IMG/VR virus record: IMGVR_UViG_2651869724_000014
Origin: a virus
Taxonomy: Duplodnaviria; Heunggongvirae; Uroviricota; Caudoviricetes
Length of the DNA stretch: 46,907 bases
Reading direction: 5' to 3' (one strand)
Positions 9,599-19,605 of the stretch are shown here, one piece after another (the stretch's first letter is position 1; the number at the start of each line of letters is the position of its first letter). The position numbers and the translations under genes are program-made. The notes under the pieces are model-generated. The model saw nothing but the letters and a program-made list of their open reading frames with translations, made no database searches and was not told the DNA's origin.

Positions 9599-9825
9599 GA
9601 ATCCTCCCCTTGGTTAGAAGGCGGATTATGATCAGAACCGGGAATGACAACCGTCGGTATGTGTAACTCATATTTGAGCGCCCCGGCAGTGACTGCCTGA
9701 ATTAGCAACGCCCATTTCCACGGAACCTCTTCCCCCCACATGCTGACTGTGGTTTTTGACGTTCCTAGAGCTGCGGCTGTTTTAACAACTCCGCCAAAAT
9801 AGCCTAATACTTCTGATTTTTTCAT
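9595..9825 (-). CDS. Cro/DicC-like HTH regulator
   Basis: 76 aa from ATG at 9823-9825 with GGAG RBS; MKKSEVLGYFGGVVKTAAALGTSKTTVSMW is HTH-like; divergent from the cI-like gene. Confidence 0.5.
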   Translation of the reverse strand: MKKSEVLGYFGGVVKTAAALGTSKTTVSMWGEEVPWKWALLIQAVTAGALKYELHIPTVVIPGSDHNPPSNQGEDS

Positions 9826-9916
9826 GAGTCGCTCCATAAAACTGAACGCCAAAAGTTTAATAATCAAAACCAAAGAAAGTCAAGAAACAAAACCATCTGT
9901 GTTTTAAAATCAAAAC
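9826..9916. promoter_or_regulatory. Divergent immunity-region promoter/operator interval
   Basis: AT-rich 91-bp spacer between divergent cro-like and cI-like genes; operators not resolved. Confidence 0.35.
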
Positions 9917-10555
9917 ATGAGCAAGCAAACAATATCTGAACGCATAACCCAACGTATGCATGCGCTAAACCTGAAAGGCAAAGACCTTGTCAATGCCACT
10001 GGCGCATCAAAAGGCTCCGTAAGTCAATGGATGAACGGTGGAGGAGCGCCGTCCTCGCGTTACATAAGTTCACTGGCAAAGATATTGAAAGTAAACGAAA
10101 ATTGGCTTCTTAATGGAGGAGAGTTAAATACAGGTGATTCGCTTGATCTATCTTTACCGCCGATAAAAACGGTTCCGCTACTATCACTTCAGCAGGCAGC
10201 AAGCTGGAGTGATTATATGAAAAATTCCTCAATAACCTCTTGTGTGCAGCTTGTCGGAGAAATCCCGGCCAATACCTTTGCAGTTGTTCTAGAGAGTGAC
10301 AGTATGTCAACATCTGGTGGGGGAGTTTCCATCCCAAATGGTTCAACAGTTTTTGTTGATCCCGATCGAACCGTACAACCAGGAAATATTGTCCTTGCCT
10401 TACCCAAAGGGACCACAACACCTGTCATTCGTAAACTGGAGATAGAAGGGCCGGATATTCTTTTAGTCCCCACGAATCCTCGCTACCCTTCAATTATGCT
10501 GGATGATCTATCTTGCATATTGGGCGTATGCTTTAAAATTCAACAAGATATTTAA
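9917..10555 (+). CDS. cI-type prophage repressor (HTH + LexA-like S24 peptidase domain)
   Basis: N-terminal HTH (LNLKGKDLVNATGASKGSVSQWMNG) and C-terminal S24-like segment (VVLESDSMSTSGG...IRKLEIEG). Confidence 0.75.
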   Translation: MSKQTISERITQRMHALNLKGKDLVNATGASKGSVSQWMNGGGAPSSRYISSLAKILKVNENWLLNGGELNTGDSLDLSLPPIKTVPLLSLQQAASWSDYMKNSSITSCVQLVGEIPANTFAVVLESDSMSTSGGGVSIPNGSTVFVDPDRTVQPGNIVLALPKGTTTPVIRKLEIEGPDILLVPTNPRYPSIMLDDLSCILGVCFKIQQDI

Positions 10556-10852
10556 CCAACCTCATCTATTTGATTAACTGTATGCCATCGTGGCGATGGC
10601 TTAACAGCTGCCTGCTTAAAATGTTTTGATAAAAAAACATTGACCTAAAAAGTTCATTTTTCTAAACTTCATTCATTCCCTCACCCCACCCCACCCCACA
10701 GAATGCAGGGCAATACTTCGAGTTACCAGGCAGTGGTCAGGGGTTAAGTAGCCAGCCCGAGGCGTAAGAACATGACGGCAGGGTTCAACTTTAATAACTA
10801 TGCAGCAGGTTTTTGTTCCGCTACCCCGGCGTTAAGGGGAAATGAGGTCAAC

Positions 10853-11008
10853 ATGGATACTATCGATCTTGGCAACAACGAATCTCTGGTGTACGGCGTG
10901 TTTCCCAACCAGGACGGCACATTCACCGCGATGACGTATACCAAAAGCAAAACGTTTAAAACCGAAAATGGTGCCCGTCGCTGGCTGGAAAGAAACTCAG
11001 GTGAGTGA
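10853..11008 (+). CDS. ydfA: YdfA-like small prophage protein
   Basis: 51 aa from ATG 10853 with GAGG RBS; first gene of a ydfA-ydfB-ydfC-dicF-dicB-ydfD arrangement like Qin. Confidence 0.6.
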   Translation: MDTIDLGNNESLVYGVFPNQDGTFTAMTYTKSKTFKTENGARRWLERNSGE

Positions 11009-11009
11009 T

Positions 11010-11138
11010 ATGGATTTCGACACAATCATGGAAAAGACTTACGAAGAATACTTCGAAGGCCTTGCCGAAGGCGAAGAAGCTCTCAGCTTCAGTGAGTTTA
11101 AACAGGCGCTTTCCAGCTCGGCAAAATCTAACGGCTGA
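11010..11138 (+). CDS. ydfB: YdfB-like small prophage protein (42 aa)
   Basis: MDFDTIMEKTYEEYFEGLAEGEEALSFSEFKQALSSSAKSNG; below the 60-aa ORF-track cutoff, translated by hand; position between ydfA and ydfC. Confidence 0.55.
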   Translation: MDFDTIMEKTYEEYFEGLAEGEEALSFSEFKQALSSSAKSNG

Positions 11139-11167
11139 TAAGCGAAGCAGCACCGCGAGGAATCAGT

Positions 11168-11386
11168 ATGCAGAAACGAGAACCCGTCATCATCGCGCCA
11201 GACTATACCGATGATGAACTTTATGAGTGGATGCGCCAGAAAATTAATGCAGCGCAGGATCTGAAATGGGCCAATGAAGCCAGGGCTAAGCAGGCTGAAA
11301 ATCTGTCCGCTCTGGAGCAGGATATCACCAATCTGGAAAAAGCAGCGGCATTAAGCATTGCCAGAATGATTACATACCCGCGTTAA
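11168..11386 (+). CDS. ydfC: YdfC-like prophage protein
   Basis: 72 aa, same length and position as Qin YdfC. Confidence 0.6.
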   Translation: MQKREPVIIAPDYTDDELYEWMRQKINAAQDLKWANEARAKQAENLSALEQDITNLEKAAALSIARMITYPR

Positions 11387-11726
11387 TAGCTAACCAACGA
11401 AGCTAAGGTTGGTAATTAAGGAGTTCTCCACGGGTGAGGTGGAGTGCGTGCGCCGGACACGGGTGAGCATCCGGCACTGACAGTTTACTGAAAGGATATT
11501 TCCATGAAAAGTCAGACCATAACGCGAAAGCGCACGGCGAGGTAGCTGGTTCATAGATAGCCTGTCGTTAAATTTTCGTCGACCGTGCGCTTCCGGTTGT
11601 GGCACTCCGCGAAATGGCGCGGCGGTAAGTATGGCGGGGTTATTCCTTCCCCGTTGAGGACACCGGGTTGTCAGGTTGACCATACGCTTAAGTGACAACT
11701 CCGCTGCAACGCCCTCTGTTATCAAT

Positions 11727-11784
11727 TTTCTGGTGACGTTTGGCGGTATCAGTTTTACTCCGTGACTGCTCTGCCGCCCTTTTT
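11727..11784 (+). ncRNA. dicF: DicF small RNA (ftsZ-targeting sRNA of Qin-type prophages)
   Basis: tttctggtgacgtttggcggtatcagttttactccgtgactgctctgccgcccttttt matches DicF as recalled, with terminal hairpin and T-run, between ydfC and dicB. Confidence 0.7.
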
Positions 11785-11953
11785 AAAGTGAATTTTGTGA
11801 TGCGGTGAATGCGGCTAAGCGCACGCGGAACAGTTAAAACCAAAAACAGTGTTATGGGTGGATTCTCTGTATCCGGCGTTAATTGTTAACTGGTTAACGT
11901 CACCTGGAGGCACCAGGCACCGCATCACAAAACTCATTGTTGAGGGCGCGAAA

Positions 11954-12142
11954 ATGAAAACGTTATTACCAAACGTTAATACGTCTGAAGGTTGTTTTGA
12001 AATTGGTGTCACTATCAGTAATCCTGTATTTACTGAAGATGCCATTAACAAAAGAAAACACGAACGGGAGTTATTAAATAAAGTATGCATTGTTTCAATG
12101 CTGGCCCGTTTACGTCTGATGCCAAAAGGATGTGCACAATGA
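11954..12142 (+). CDS. dicB: Cell-division inhibitor DicB
   Basis: 62-aa translation MKTLLPNVNTSEGCFEIGVTISNPVFTEDAINKRKHERELLNKVCIVSMLARLRLMPKGCAQ. Confidence 0.85.
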   Translation: MKTLLPNVNTSEGCFEIGVTISNPVFTEDAINKRKHERELLNKVCIVSMLARLRLMPKGCAQ

Positions 12143-12330
12143 ATCCAGTATTTGCACTTATTCTGACGGTTTTTCTTGTTTCCGGAGAGCCAGTTGATAT
12201 TGCAGTCAGTGTTCACAGAACAATGCAGGAATGTATGGCAGCAGCAACCGAACAGAAAATTCCAGGCAACTGTTATCCGGTCGATAAAGTTATTCACCAG
12301 GATAATAACGAAATCCCGGCAGGATTTTAA
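12139..12330 (+). CDS. ydfD: YdfD-like lysis-associated small protein
   Basis: 63 aa starting MNPVFALILTVFLVSGEPVD; ATG overlaps the dicB stop (caATGA). Confidence 0.65.
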   Translation: MNPVFALILTVFLVSGEPVDIAVSVHRTMQECMAAATEQKIPGNCYPVDKVIHQDNNEIPAGF

Positions 12331-12423
12331 AACAGCACCGTAATAAATATCCAGTTTCATTCTTATATGTCAGCAATGGCAGAGATTTGTTCACACTTAA
12401 ATCTGTGATGAGGTTTACCAATA

Positions 12424-14865
12424 ATGAGCACTGATAAAGAAGAATTTGCACTATATTGCGAAGCAAAAAATGACAAAGTAAGAAAACGCCTAGGAATTAA
12501 AGGTGGTTTTTACTGGACTACAGCAAAAAAATTATCTGTTGCAATCTCCCGCTGCATTACCGCAATGGATGACAACGATTATGATGAAGACGACTTTAAA
12601 AAACCCGTCCGCGTCAATTTGCCCGTTGTTGACGACCTTCCGCCAGAAGGCGTGTTTGATACTGAATTCTGCAACCGCTATGAAAAAGGCGGGAAAGATG
12701 GCATCACAATGACATTTATCGGCCCTTCCCCCTCTGTTCAGGACAAACCAGCCAGCACTGACAATACCAACATCAACGGCGAAGACATGACTGAGATTGA
12801 GGAGAGCATGCTTCTGCCTGTCTCCGGTCAGGAACTGCCCATTCGTTGGCTTGCTCAACACGGCAGCGAAAAACCAGTAACGCACGTTTCACGCGACGAA
12901 CTCCAGGCATTACACATTGCACGGGCTGAAGAACTACCGGCTGTTACTGCCCTGGCTATTTCGCATAAAACCAGTCTGCTCGACTCGCTGGAGATTCGCG
13001 ACCTCCACAAACTGGTTCGTGACACTGACAAAGTTTTCCCTAATCCTGGTAATTCAGACCTGGGACTAATAACTGCTTTTTTCGAAGCATACCTGGACGC
13101 TGACTACACTGATCGGGGTCTGCTGACAAAAGAGTGGATGAAAGGAAATCGTGTTTCACGCATCACCCGCACGGCTTCCGGTGCTAATGCTGGCGGTGGG
13201 AACAAAACCGATCGCAATCCGAATTTAGTACACACCCTCGACACACTGGATGTGGAGATTGCAGCAGCCACACTTCCGATGGATTTTAATATTTATGAAA
13301 TTCCGGGCAGCGTTTATCGTCGCGCAAAAGAAGTAGTCCTGAACAAAGAAAGTCCGTTCAAAGAATGGTCCGCAGCACTTCGTGCAACCCCGGGTATTCT
13401 GGACTATTCCCGCGCCGCTATTTTTGCACTTATCCGAAGCGCACACCCTGAATTTTATCACTACCCGGGACGCCTTCAGGGGTATATCAACGCCTATTTG
13501 ACGGAAACTGATCACGAGAACCCCAGCAAGGAAACTCTCACAGCTGCCCGGCATACGCCGGAAAAAGATATCCTGGAAAAAATTAACCGCGAGGTGGTTA
13601 CTGAGCGTGAAACAGAAGAAGAAAAACCACAACCATCTGACGCAATGGCAGGTGAACAGGCAACAACTGAAACAATGGAACCGGATACAACTGAACATGG
13701 CCAGAACGCGCAGTCGCTGGATGCTCAGTCGCAGGTGAGTTCCGCTAACCAAGTAAAAGTCACCGCTGACGAAGTAAACAAAATTATGCAGGCAGCCAAT
13801 ATCAGCCAGCCTGACGCCGATAAGTTACTTGCTGTATCGCGTGGTGAATTTGTTGAGGGGATTAGCGACCCTAATGATCCGAAATGGGTCAAGGGGATCC
13901 AGACTCGCGATTCTGTGAACCAGAACCAGCATGAATCGGAACGGAACGACCAAAAAGCGGAACAAAACAGCCCAAATGCGTTACAAAACGAGCCAGAAAC
14001 GAAACAATCCGAACCAGTAGCGCAACAGGAACCGGAAAAAGTCTGCACCGCCTGCGGTCAGAGCGGTGGCGGCAACTGCCCTGATTGTGGCGCGGTGATG
14101 GGCGACGCAACATACCAGGAAACATTCGATGAAGAGAATCAGGTTGAAGTTCAGGAAAATGATCCGGAGGAAATGGAAGGCGCTGAACATCCACACAAGG
14201 AGAACCCTGGCGGCAATCAGCATCACGCCAGCGATAATAAAACTGGCGAGGCGACAGATCCCTTAATTAAGGTGAATGGTCATCATAAGCTCACATCCAC
14301 CAGCAGAGCGGGGATTCATCTGATGATCGACCTTGAAACCATGGGAAAAAATCCCGATGCCCCGATTATCTCAATAGGCGCAATATTTTTCGATCCACAA
14401 ACCGGAGATATGGGACCGGAATTTAGCAAGACCATCGATCTGGATACTGCTGGCGGAGTCATTGATCGTGACGTCATTAAATGGTGGCTGAAGCAATCAC
14501 GTGAAGCGCAGTCTGCCATTATGACCGATGAAATCCCGTTAGATGATGCACTACTGCAATTGCGGGAATTTATCGACGAAAACTCCGGTGAATTTTTTGT
14601 TCAGGTCTGGGGTAATGGGGCCAACTTCGACAACGTGATTTTACGCCGTTCATACGAACGACAGGGTATCCCCTGCCCATGGCGCTACTGCAACGATCGC
14701 GATGTACGCACAATCGTTGAGCTGGGGAAAGCCATAGACTTCGATGCCAGAACTGCTATCCCATTCGAAGGTGAGCGCCATAATGCACTTGATGACGCTC
14801 GTTACCAGGCAAAATACGTTTCAGCTATCTGGCAAAAACTGATCCCGAGTCAGGCTGATTTTTAA
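12424..14865 (+). CDS. Full-length YdfE-family protein with zinc ribbon and C-terminal DnaQ-like DEDDh 3'-5' exonuclease domain
   Basis: 813 aa; CTACGQSGGGNCPDCG zinc ribbon; exonuclease motifs IDLETMG, WGNGANFDNVIL and HNALDDARYQAKYV. Confidence 0.6.
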   Translation: MSTDKEEFALYCEAKNDKVRKRLGIKGGFYWTTAKKLSVAISRCITAMDDNDYDEDDFKKPVRVNLPVVDDLPPEGVFDTEFCNRYEKGGKDGITMTFIGPSPSVQDKPASTDNTNINGEDMTEIEESMLLPVSGQELPIRWLAQHGSEKPVTHVSRDELQALHIARAEELPAVTALAISHKTSLLDSLEIRDLHKLVRDTDKVFPNPGNSDLGLITAFFEAYLDADYTDRGLLTKEWMKGNRVSRITRTASGANAGGGNKTDRNPNLVHTLDTLDVEIAAATLPMDFNIYEIPGSVYRRAKEVVLNKESPFKEWSAALRATPGILDYSRAAIFALIRSAHPEFYHYPGRLQGYINAYLTETDHENPSKETLTAARHTPEKDILEKINREVVTERETEEEKPQPSDAMAGEQATTETMEPDTTEHGQNAQSLDAQSQVSSANQVKVTADEVNKIMQAANISQPDADKLLAVSRGEFVEGISDPNDPKWVKGIQTRDSVNQNQHESERNDQKAEQNSPNALQNEPETKQSEPVAQQEPEKVCTACGQSGGGNCPDCGAVMGDATYQETFDEENQVEVQENDPEEMEGAEHPHKENPGGNQHHASDNKTGEATDPLIKVNGHHKLTSTSRAGIHLMIDLETMGKNPDAPIISIGAIFFDPQTGDMGPEFSKTIDLDTAGGVIDRDVIKWWLKQSREAQSAIMTDEIPLDDALLQLREFIDENSGEFFVQVWGNGANFDNVILRRSYERQGIPCPWRYCNDRDVRTIVELGKAIDFDARTAIPFEGERHNALDDARYQAKYVSAIWQKLIPSQADF

Positions 14866-14923
14866 TGTTCAACCCTAATTGCCGCTAACCGTATATAGTT
14901 AGCGGCGGTTATGAGATATAGCT

Positions 14924-15127
14924 ATGAGCAGCTTATTTTTAACCGAAGATGAATTGCTAATATTAACGGGCTGCAAATATGCAAGCCACCAGCGAAAATG
15001 GTTAATGGAAAACGGGCTTCCGTTCTATACCAATCGTAGTGGCAAACCGATTGTCAGCCGGGATCTATTTACCTGCAATAAAACTTTACCACCACGCGAG
15101 GTAGAGCCGAATTTTGGTGCGATCTGA
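14924..15127 (+). CDS. Excisionase-like protein (DUF4224-type)
   Basis: 67 aa, LFLTEDELLILTGCKYASHQRKWLMENGLPF, immediately upstream of int. Confidence 0.5.
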   Translation: MSSLFLTEDELLILTGCKYASHQRKWLMENGLPFYTNRSGKPIVSRDLFTCNKTLPPREVEPNFGAI

Positions 15128-16209
15128 TGGGAAGACGAAGGAAAAATCCTGAACACGAAAAATTACCTCCAAATGTATACCCAAATAAATATAGTTATGT
15201 ATGGAAACCAACATCCAGAGAATCTGTCACACTAACCGCCATCAAGGATGGTTTAGCTGCTTTATGGAAAAAGTATGAGGAAACTGTAAATAATCGCGAT
15301 CGTGCAATGACATTCGGTCGCTTGTGGGAAAAATTCCTCGCCAGCGCCTATTACAGTGACCTTAGTCCAAGAACACAAAAAGATTATCTGCAACATCAAA
15401 AAAAGTTGCTTGCCGTATTCGGTAAGGTACCAGCGGATTCCATAAAACCAGAACACATCCGTCGATACATGGACAAAAGAGGGGAGCAGAGTAAAACGCA
15501 AGCCAACCATGAAAAAAGCAGTATGTCCCGTGTTTACAGTTGGGGGTATGAGCGAGGGTACGTCAAGGCTAACCCATGTGCAGGTGTAAGTAAATTCAAG
15601 GCCAAAAACCGCGAACGATATGTAACCGACAAAGAATACCAGGCAGTATTAAGCGTTGCACCTCTTCCTGTTTTTATCGCAATGGAAATTGCCTATCTGT
15701 GTGCAGCGAGGGTTTCCGATGTGTTATCGCTGAAATGGGAACAGATTGGAAACGACGGGATATTCATCCAGCAAGGGAAAACCGGAAAAAAACAGATAAA
15801 AGCATGGAGTCCACGATTACAGGCAGCGATCGAAAAAGCAAAACAGTTACCAAAATCTGCCTATGTGATCAGCAATCAATACGGCAACCGATATATGTAC
15901 AAAGGCTTTAACGAAATGTGGGTAGAAGCAAGAAATCGTGCTGGAAAAATTTCAGGTATTTTAACCGACTTCACCTTTCATGATCTGAAGGCGAAAGGAA
16001 TTTCAGACTATGAAGGAAGCAGCCGGGATAAGCAACTTTTCTCTGGTCACAAAACCGAAGGGCAAGTGCTAATCTATGACAGGAAGGTTAAAGTTTCACC
16101 AACACTTGATGTCCCGTTACCTGAAAATATTCCAAGAAAATATTCCAAGAAAATATTCCAAGTAATTCCAAGTGTGATTTTTGTCACTGACTTAATGATG
16201 TGTAAGTGA
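15127..16209 (+). CDS. Lambdoid prophage tyrosine integrase
   Basis: 360 aa with tyrosine-recombinase catalytic region; ends 8 bp before the tRNA-Ser 3' end. Confidence 0.85.
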   Translation: MGRRRKNPEHEKLPPNVYPNKYSYVWKPTSRESVTLTAIKDGLAALWKKYEETVNNRDRAMTFGRLWEKFLASAYYSDLSPRTQKDYLQHQKKLLAVFGKVPADSIKPEHIRRYMDKRGEQSKTQANHEKSSMSRVYSWGYERGYVKANPCAGVSKFKAKNRERYVTDKEYQAVLSVAPLPVFIAMEIAYLCAARVSDVLSLKWEQIGNDGIFIQQGKTGKKQIKAWSPRLQAAIEKAKQLPKSAYVISNQYGNRYMYKGFNEMWVEARNRAGKISGILTDFTFHDLKAKGISDYEGSSRDKQLFSGHKTEGQVLIYDRKVKVSPTLDVPLPENIPRKYSKKIFQVIPSVIFVTDLMMCK

Positions 16210-16217
16210 TTGAATTT

Positions 16218-16307
16218 TGGCGGAGAGAGGGGGATTTGAACCCCCGGTGGAGTTGCCCCCACTCCGGTTTTCGAGACCGGTCCGTTCAGCCGCTCCGGCA
16301 TCTCTCC
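16218..16307 (-). tRNA. serU: tRNA-Ser (anticodon CGA)
   Basis: Minus-strand sequence GGAGAGATGCCGGAGCGG...CTCGAAAACC...GGTTCAAATCCCCCTCTCTCCGCCA: long variable arm, CGA anticodon loop, CCA end. Confidence 0.85.
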
Positions 16308-16400
16308 GTTCAGATGGTTGCCATGATGCCAGGAAATTTGGCATTTTAACAGTCCCTGTCCGTGCAATTTTGTTCAAGTGACGAGTTTGCGAGCAAAACG

Positions 16401-17198
16401 ATGATTAAGTGGCCCTGGAAAGTACAAGAATCAGCACATCAAACTGCCCTTCCCTGGCAGGAAGCACTATCGATCCCCCTTTTAACGTGTCTGACAGAAC
16501 AGGAACAAAGCAAATTAGTCGCTCTTGCCGAACGTTTTTTACAACAAAAACGGCTTGTTCCTTTACAGGGCTTTGAGCTGAATTCATTAAGAAGCTGCCG
16601 GATAGCACTTCTATTTTGCCTGCCCGTTCTGGAGTTAGGACTGGAATGGCTGGATGGTTTTCATGAAGTCTTAATTTATCCTGCGCCATTTGTGGTCGAT
16701 GATGAATGGGAAGACGATGTCGGTCTGGTGCATAACCAACGTATTGTTCAGTCAGGTCAGAGCTGGCAGCAAGGGCCTATCGTTTTGAACTGGTTGGATA
16801 TACAAGATTCTTTTGATGCTTCTGGTTTTAACCTGATTATTCATGAAGTCGCTCATAAGCTGGACACCCGTAACGGCGATCGCGCCAGCGGAGTTCCCTT
16901 TATTCCGTTGCGTGAGGTTGCTGGCTGGGAACACGATCTTCATGCTGCAATGAACAACATTCAGGAAGAAATCGAATTGGTTGGCGAGAATGCGGCGAGC
17001 ATTGATGCTTATGCTGCCAGTGATCCTGCTGAATGTTTTGCCGTACTTTCTGAATATTTCTTTAGCGCCCCAGAACTTTTTGCTCCTCGTTTCCCTTCAT
17101 TGTGGCAACGTTTCTGCCAATTTTATCAACAAGATCCTTTGCAGAGACTGCATCGCACTAATAATACAGACTCGTTTTCGGCGACGAATGTTCATTAA
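16401..17198 (+). CDS. mtfA: Mlc titration factor MtfA (YeeI)
   Basis: [28 protein letters not shown]... matches MtfA as recalled, including IHEVAHKLD zinc-peptidase-like motif; chromosomal GC content. Confidence 0.85.
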   Translation: MIKWPWKVQESAHQTALPWQEALSIPLLTCLTEQEQSKLVALAERFLQQKRLVPLQGFELNSLRSCRIALLFCLPVLELGLEWLDGFHEVLIYPAPFVVDDEWEDDVGLVHNQRIVQSGQSWQQGPIVLNWLDIQDSFDASGFNLIIHEVAHKLDTRNGDRASGVPFIPLREVAGWEHDLHAAMNNIQEEIELVGENAASIDAYAASDPAECFAVLSEYFFSAPELFAPRFPSLWQRFCQFYQQDPLQRLHRTNNTDSFSATNVH

Positions 17199-17298
17199 TT
17201 AACAACTTTGCAGATTAATTAACCAATTGAAATGGCTTATGAAATTTAGTGTTGACAGACAAGGTACCGCTAAGTAATATGCGCCCCGTTCACACGAT

Positions 17299-17374
17299 TC
17301 CTCTGTAGTTCAGTCGGTAGAACGGCGGACTGTTAATCCGTATGTCACTGGTTCGAGTCCAGTCAGAGGAGCCA
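17299..17374 (+). tRNA. asnT: tRNA-Asn (anticodon GTT)
   Basis: TCCTCTGTAGTTCAGTCGGTAGAACGGCGGACTGTTAATCCG...GGTTCGAGTCCAGTCAGAGGAGCCA, 76 nt. Confidence 0.85.
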
Positions 17375-17375
17375 A
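17352..17375. repeat. Island attL: direct repeat formed by tRNA-Asn 3' end
   Basis: gttcgagtccagtcagaggagccaa recurs at 45796-45820. Confidence 0.6.
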
Positions 17376-17553
17376 TTTAAAGAAAGCAGACGTTCACTGA
17401 CGTCTGTTTTCTGCATTTATATCAACTGGTTATCCCCTTCTTCAGGTTCACCCTCGTTCGTTAAAAACCGCTCGAATCCACACTACTTTGCTGGTAAAAA
17501 TGCTGGTAAAGCTGGTTCGATTTGCGTTTTACCAGCACGCGGAGGGAACCGTC

Positions 17554-18822
17554 ATGTCACTTACTGATACTAAAGTAAAAAATGCCAGACCAGCGGAAAA
17601 AGCCGTCAAGCTCACTGATGGATTTGGTCTCTACCTTCTTTTGCATCCCAATGGTTCAAAATACTGGCAGTTAGGCTATCGCTTCGATGGTAAACAGAAA
17701 GTGTTTTCCATTGGTGTTTACCCTGCGGTTTCTCTTGCTGATGCCAGACAACGACGTGATGAAGCAAAAAAGCTGCTTGCTCAGGGAATCGATCCTAACG
17801 CTAAAAAACAGGCTGATGAAAAAACTCTGCAGGAAAAGCGGGATAAAACCCGTTCGTTCCGTGTCGTCGCCAGAAGCTGGTTTGCCACCAAAACAAAATG
17901 GTCTGAAGATTACGCCGATACGGTATGGAAGCGCCTTGAGACCTATGTATTCCCGGATATTGGTGACAGCAACGTTTCAGATCTGGATACGGGTGATCTG
18001 CTTGTTCCGGTAAAAAAAGCAGAAACGCTTGGCTATCTTGAAATTGCCATGCGGATCAAGCAATACATCACTGCCATCCTGCGTCACGCCGTCCAGCAAA
18101 AACTTATGCGCCATAATCCTGCTTACGATATGGAAGGTGCTGTGCAGAAACCAGAGACTGAGCACCGTCCCGCACTGGAGCTGGAAGAGATCCCCCTGCT
18201 ACTTGAACGTATTGATGCCTACAAAGGCCGTGGACTTACCACACTGGCGATTAAACTCAATCTGTTGATTTTCATTCGTTCCAGTGAACTCCGCTATGCA
18301 CGATGGTCAGAAATCGACTTCAACAGTAAGTTATGGGTGATACCAGAAAAGCGTGAAGTGATTGAGCGCGTCAAATATTCCACGCGTGGCGCAAAAATGA
18401 AACGCCAGCACTTTGTTCCCCTTTGCAGGCAGGCTCTTAAGATACTGAAAGAGATCCGTCAGCTTACCTATGAAGAAGGTAATGACGCCGGATTAATTTT
18501 TACTGGATGTTATGACTCATTCAAACCCATGAGTGAAAACACCATCAACAAGGCGCTGCGTAAGATGGGCTATGACACCACGCAGGACATCTGCGGTCAT
18601 GGTTTCCGAACACTGGCATGTAGTGCTCTGATTGAATCAGGGCTATGGTCTAAAGATGCGGTAGAACTTCAGATGAGCCACAAGGAAAGCAACAGTGTGC
18701 GTGCTGCCTATACCCATAAGGCCAAACATCTTGAACAGAGAAGATTGATGTTACAGTGGTGGGCAGATTATCTTGATGCAAATCGGGATGGGATGGTCAG
18801 GCCGTTTGAGTTTGCTCAATAA
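17554..18822 (+). CDS. P4-type tyrosine integrase adjacent to tRNA-Asn
   Basis: MSLTDTKVKNARPAEKAVKLTDGFGLYLLLHPNGSKYWQLGYRF is a P4-integrase N-terminus; ATG 17554 with GGAGGG RBS. Confidence 0.85.
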   Translation: MSLTDTKVKNARPAEKAVKLTDGFGLYLLLHPNGSKYWQLGYRFDGKQKVFSIGVYPAVSLADARQRRDEAKKLLAQGIDPNAKKQADEKTLQEKRDKTRSFRVVARSWFATKTKWSEDYADTVWKRLETYVFPDIGDSNVSDLDTGDLLVPVKKAETLGYLEIAMRIKQYITAILRHAVQQKLMRHNPAYDMEGAVQKPETEHRPALELEEIPLLLERIDAYKGRGLTTLAIKLNLLIFIRSSELRYARWSEIDFNSKLWVIPEKREVIERVKYSTRGAKMKRQHFVPLCRQALKILKEIRQLTYEEGNDAGLIFTGCYDSFKPMSENTINKALRKMGYDTTQDICGHGFRTLACSALIESGLWSKDAVELQMSHKESNSVRAAYTHKAKHLEQRRLMLQWWADYLDANRDGMVRPFEFAQ

Positions 18823-18888
18823 AAGTAAACATGGTGGTCAAAGGTTGCTTCAACTTCAATGCGGCTAAAGATATTAGCCGCATTAATA

Positions 18889-19605
18889 CTAAATCGCTAA
18901 CAGTTCTGTTTTCCAGTATTCACTACCACTTTTATCACAGACATGTGAATATAATATCCTATCCATAATCCTAACAATTTCTTTAACATTATTTAGCTTA
19001 TCAATAACAGTATCTTTTGAAAGATTAATTGAAGAATATGAATGGGCTAACTCCGTGCGGCTATCAGAGAAAGACTGGAGCATGAACTCATAATCTTTTT
19101 TACCTTTCGCAGTCATTGCTTTTAATATATCTTTGATACCAAATCTATTAAAAAGAAGTTTGATATTTTTTTTGGAAGGATATTTTTTATCCATTATCAG
19201 CTGTTTTGGGACAATAACAGGCTTTACAGGAGAATTAGGTGACGATAACGCCTGAAGTTTATCCTTACACTTATTTAAGTCACTCATCATTATTGACTCA
19301 GAACCATGAGAAACGTAATTTATAAAATTTTTCTCTTGGTTTTTGAATAAAGAAAACAAGATAATTTCATCAGGTAGATGCGAAAGGCATCCGTTATTTT
19401 GGTTCAGCATGTCAATCCAATCTTCCAAAACATCTTTAATATAATCTTCGAATGCAGCAGAAACTCGAAATATCGCGTTATTATAAACACTATGTATAAT
19501 ATCTGTTCTTAATTCTTTTATTTTTGAAACATAACGAACCTGTTCAAGCAAATTGGAATGAATCTGCTCGAATTGTTTTCTAGATGCGCTTTTAATATAT
19601 GCCAT
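18889..19605 (-). CDS. Hypothetical partner of DUF262 protein (has an Rx4H motif, possible HEPN-like)
   Basis: 238 aa; start overlaps stop of upstream DUF262 gene at 19605; contains SRTELAHSY (R-x4-H); no HNH/DUF1524 motif seen. Confidence 0.35.
   Translation of the reverse strand: MAYIKSASRKQFEQIHSNLLEQVRYVSKIKELRTDIIHSVYNNAIFRVSAAFEDYIKDVLEDWIDMLNQNNGCLSHLPDEIILFSLFKNQEKNFINYVSHGSESIMMSDLNKCKDKLQALSSPNSPVKPVIVPKQLIMDKKYPSKKNIKLLFNRFGIKDILKAMTAKGKKDYEFMLQSFSDSRTELAHSYSSINLSKDTVIDKLNNVKEIVRIMDRILYSHVCDKSGSEYWKTELLAI

Noticed and set aside
11390-11725. Minus-strand 111-aa ORF between ydfC and dicF
   Set aside because: It lies in the region expected to be the dicF precursor transcript; no RBS and an unconvincing translation.
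13225-14226. Several minus-strand ORFs (175, 107, 101, 81 aa) inside the ydfE-family gene
   Set aside because: They lie antisense within a long, well-supported plus-strand CDS and have low-complexity Cys/Phe-rich translations; treated as spurious.
18889-19605. DUF1524/GmrD-type HNH nuclease as the partner of the DUF262 gene
   Set aside because: The expected His-Me finger signature was not found in the 238-aa translation.
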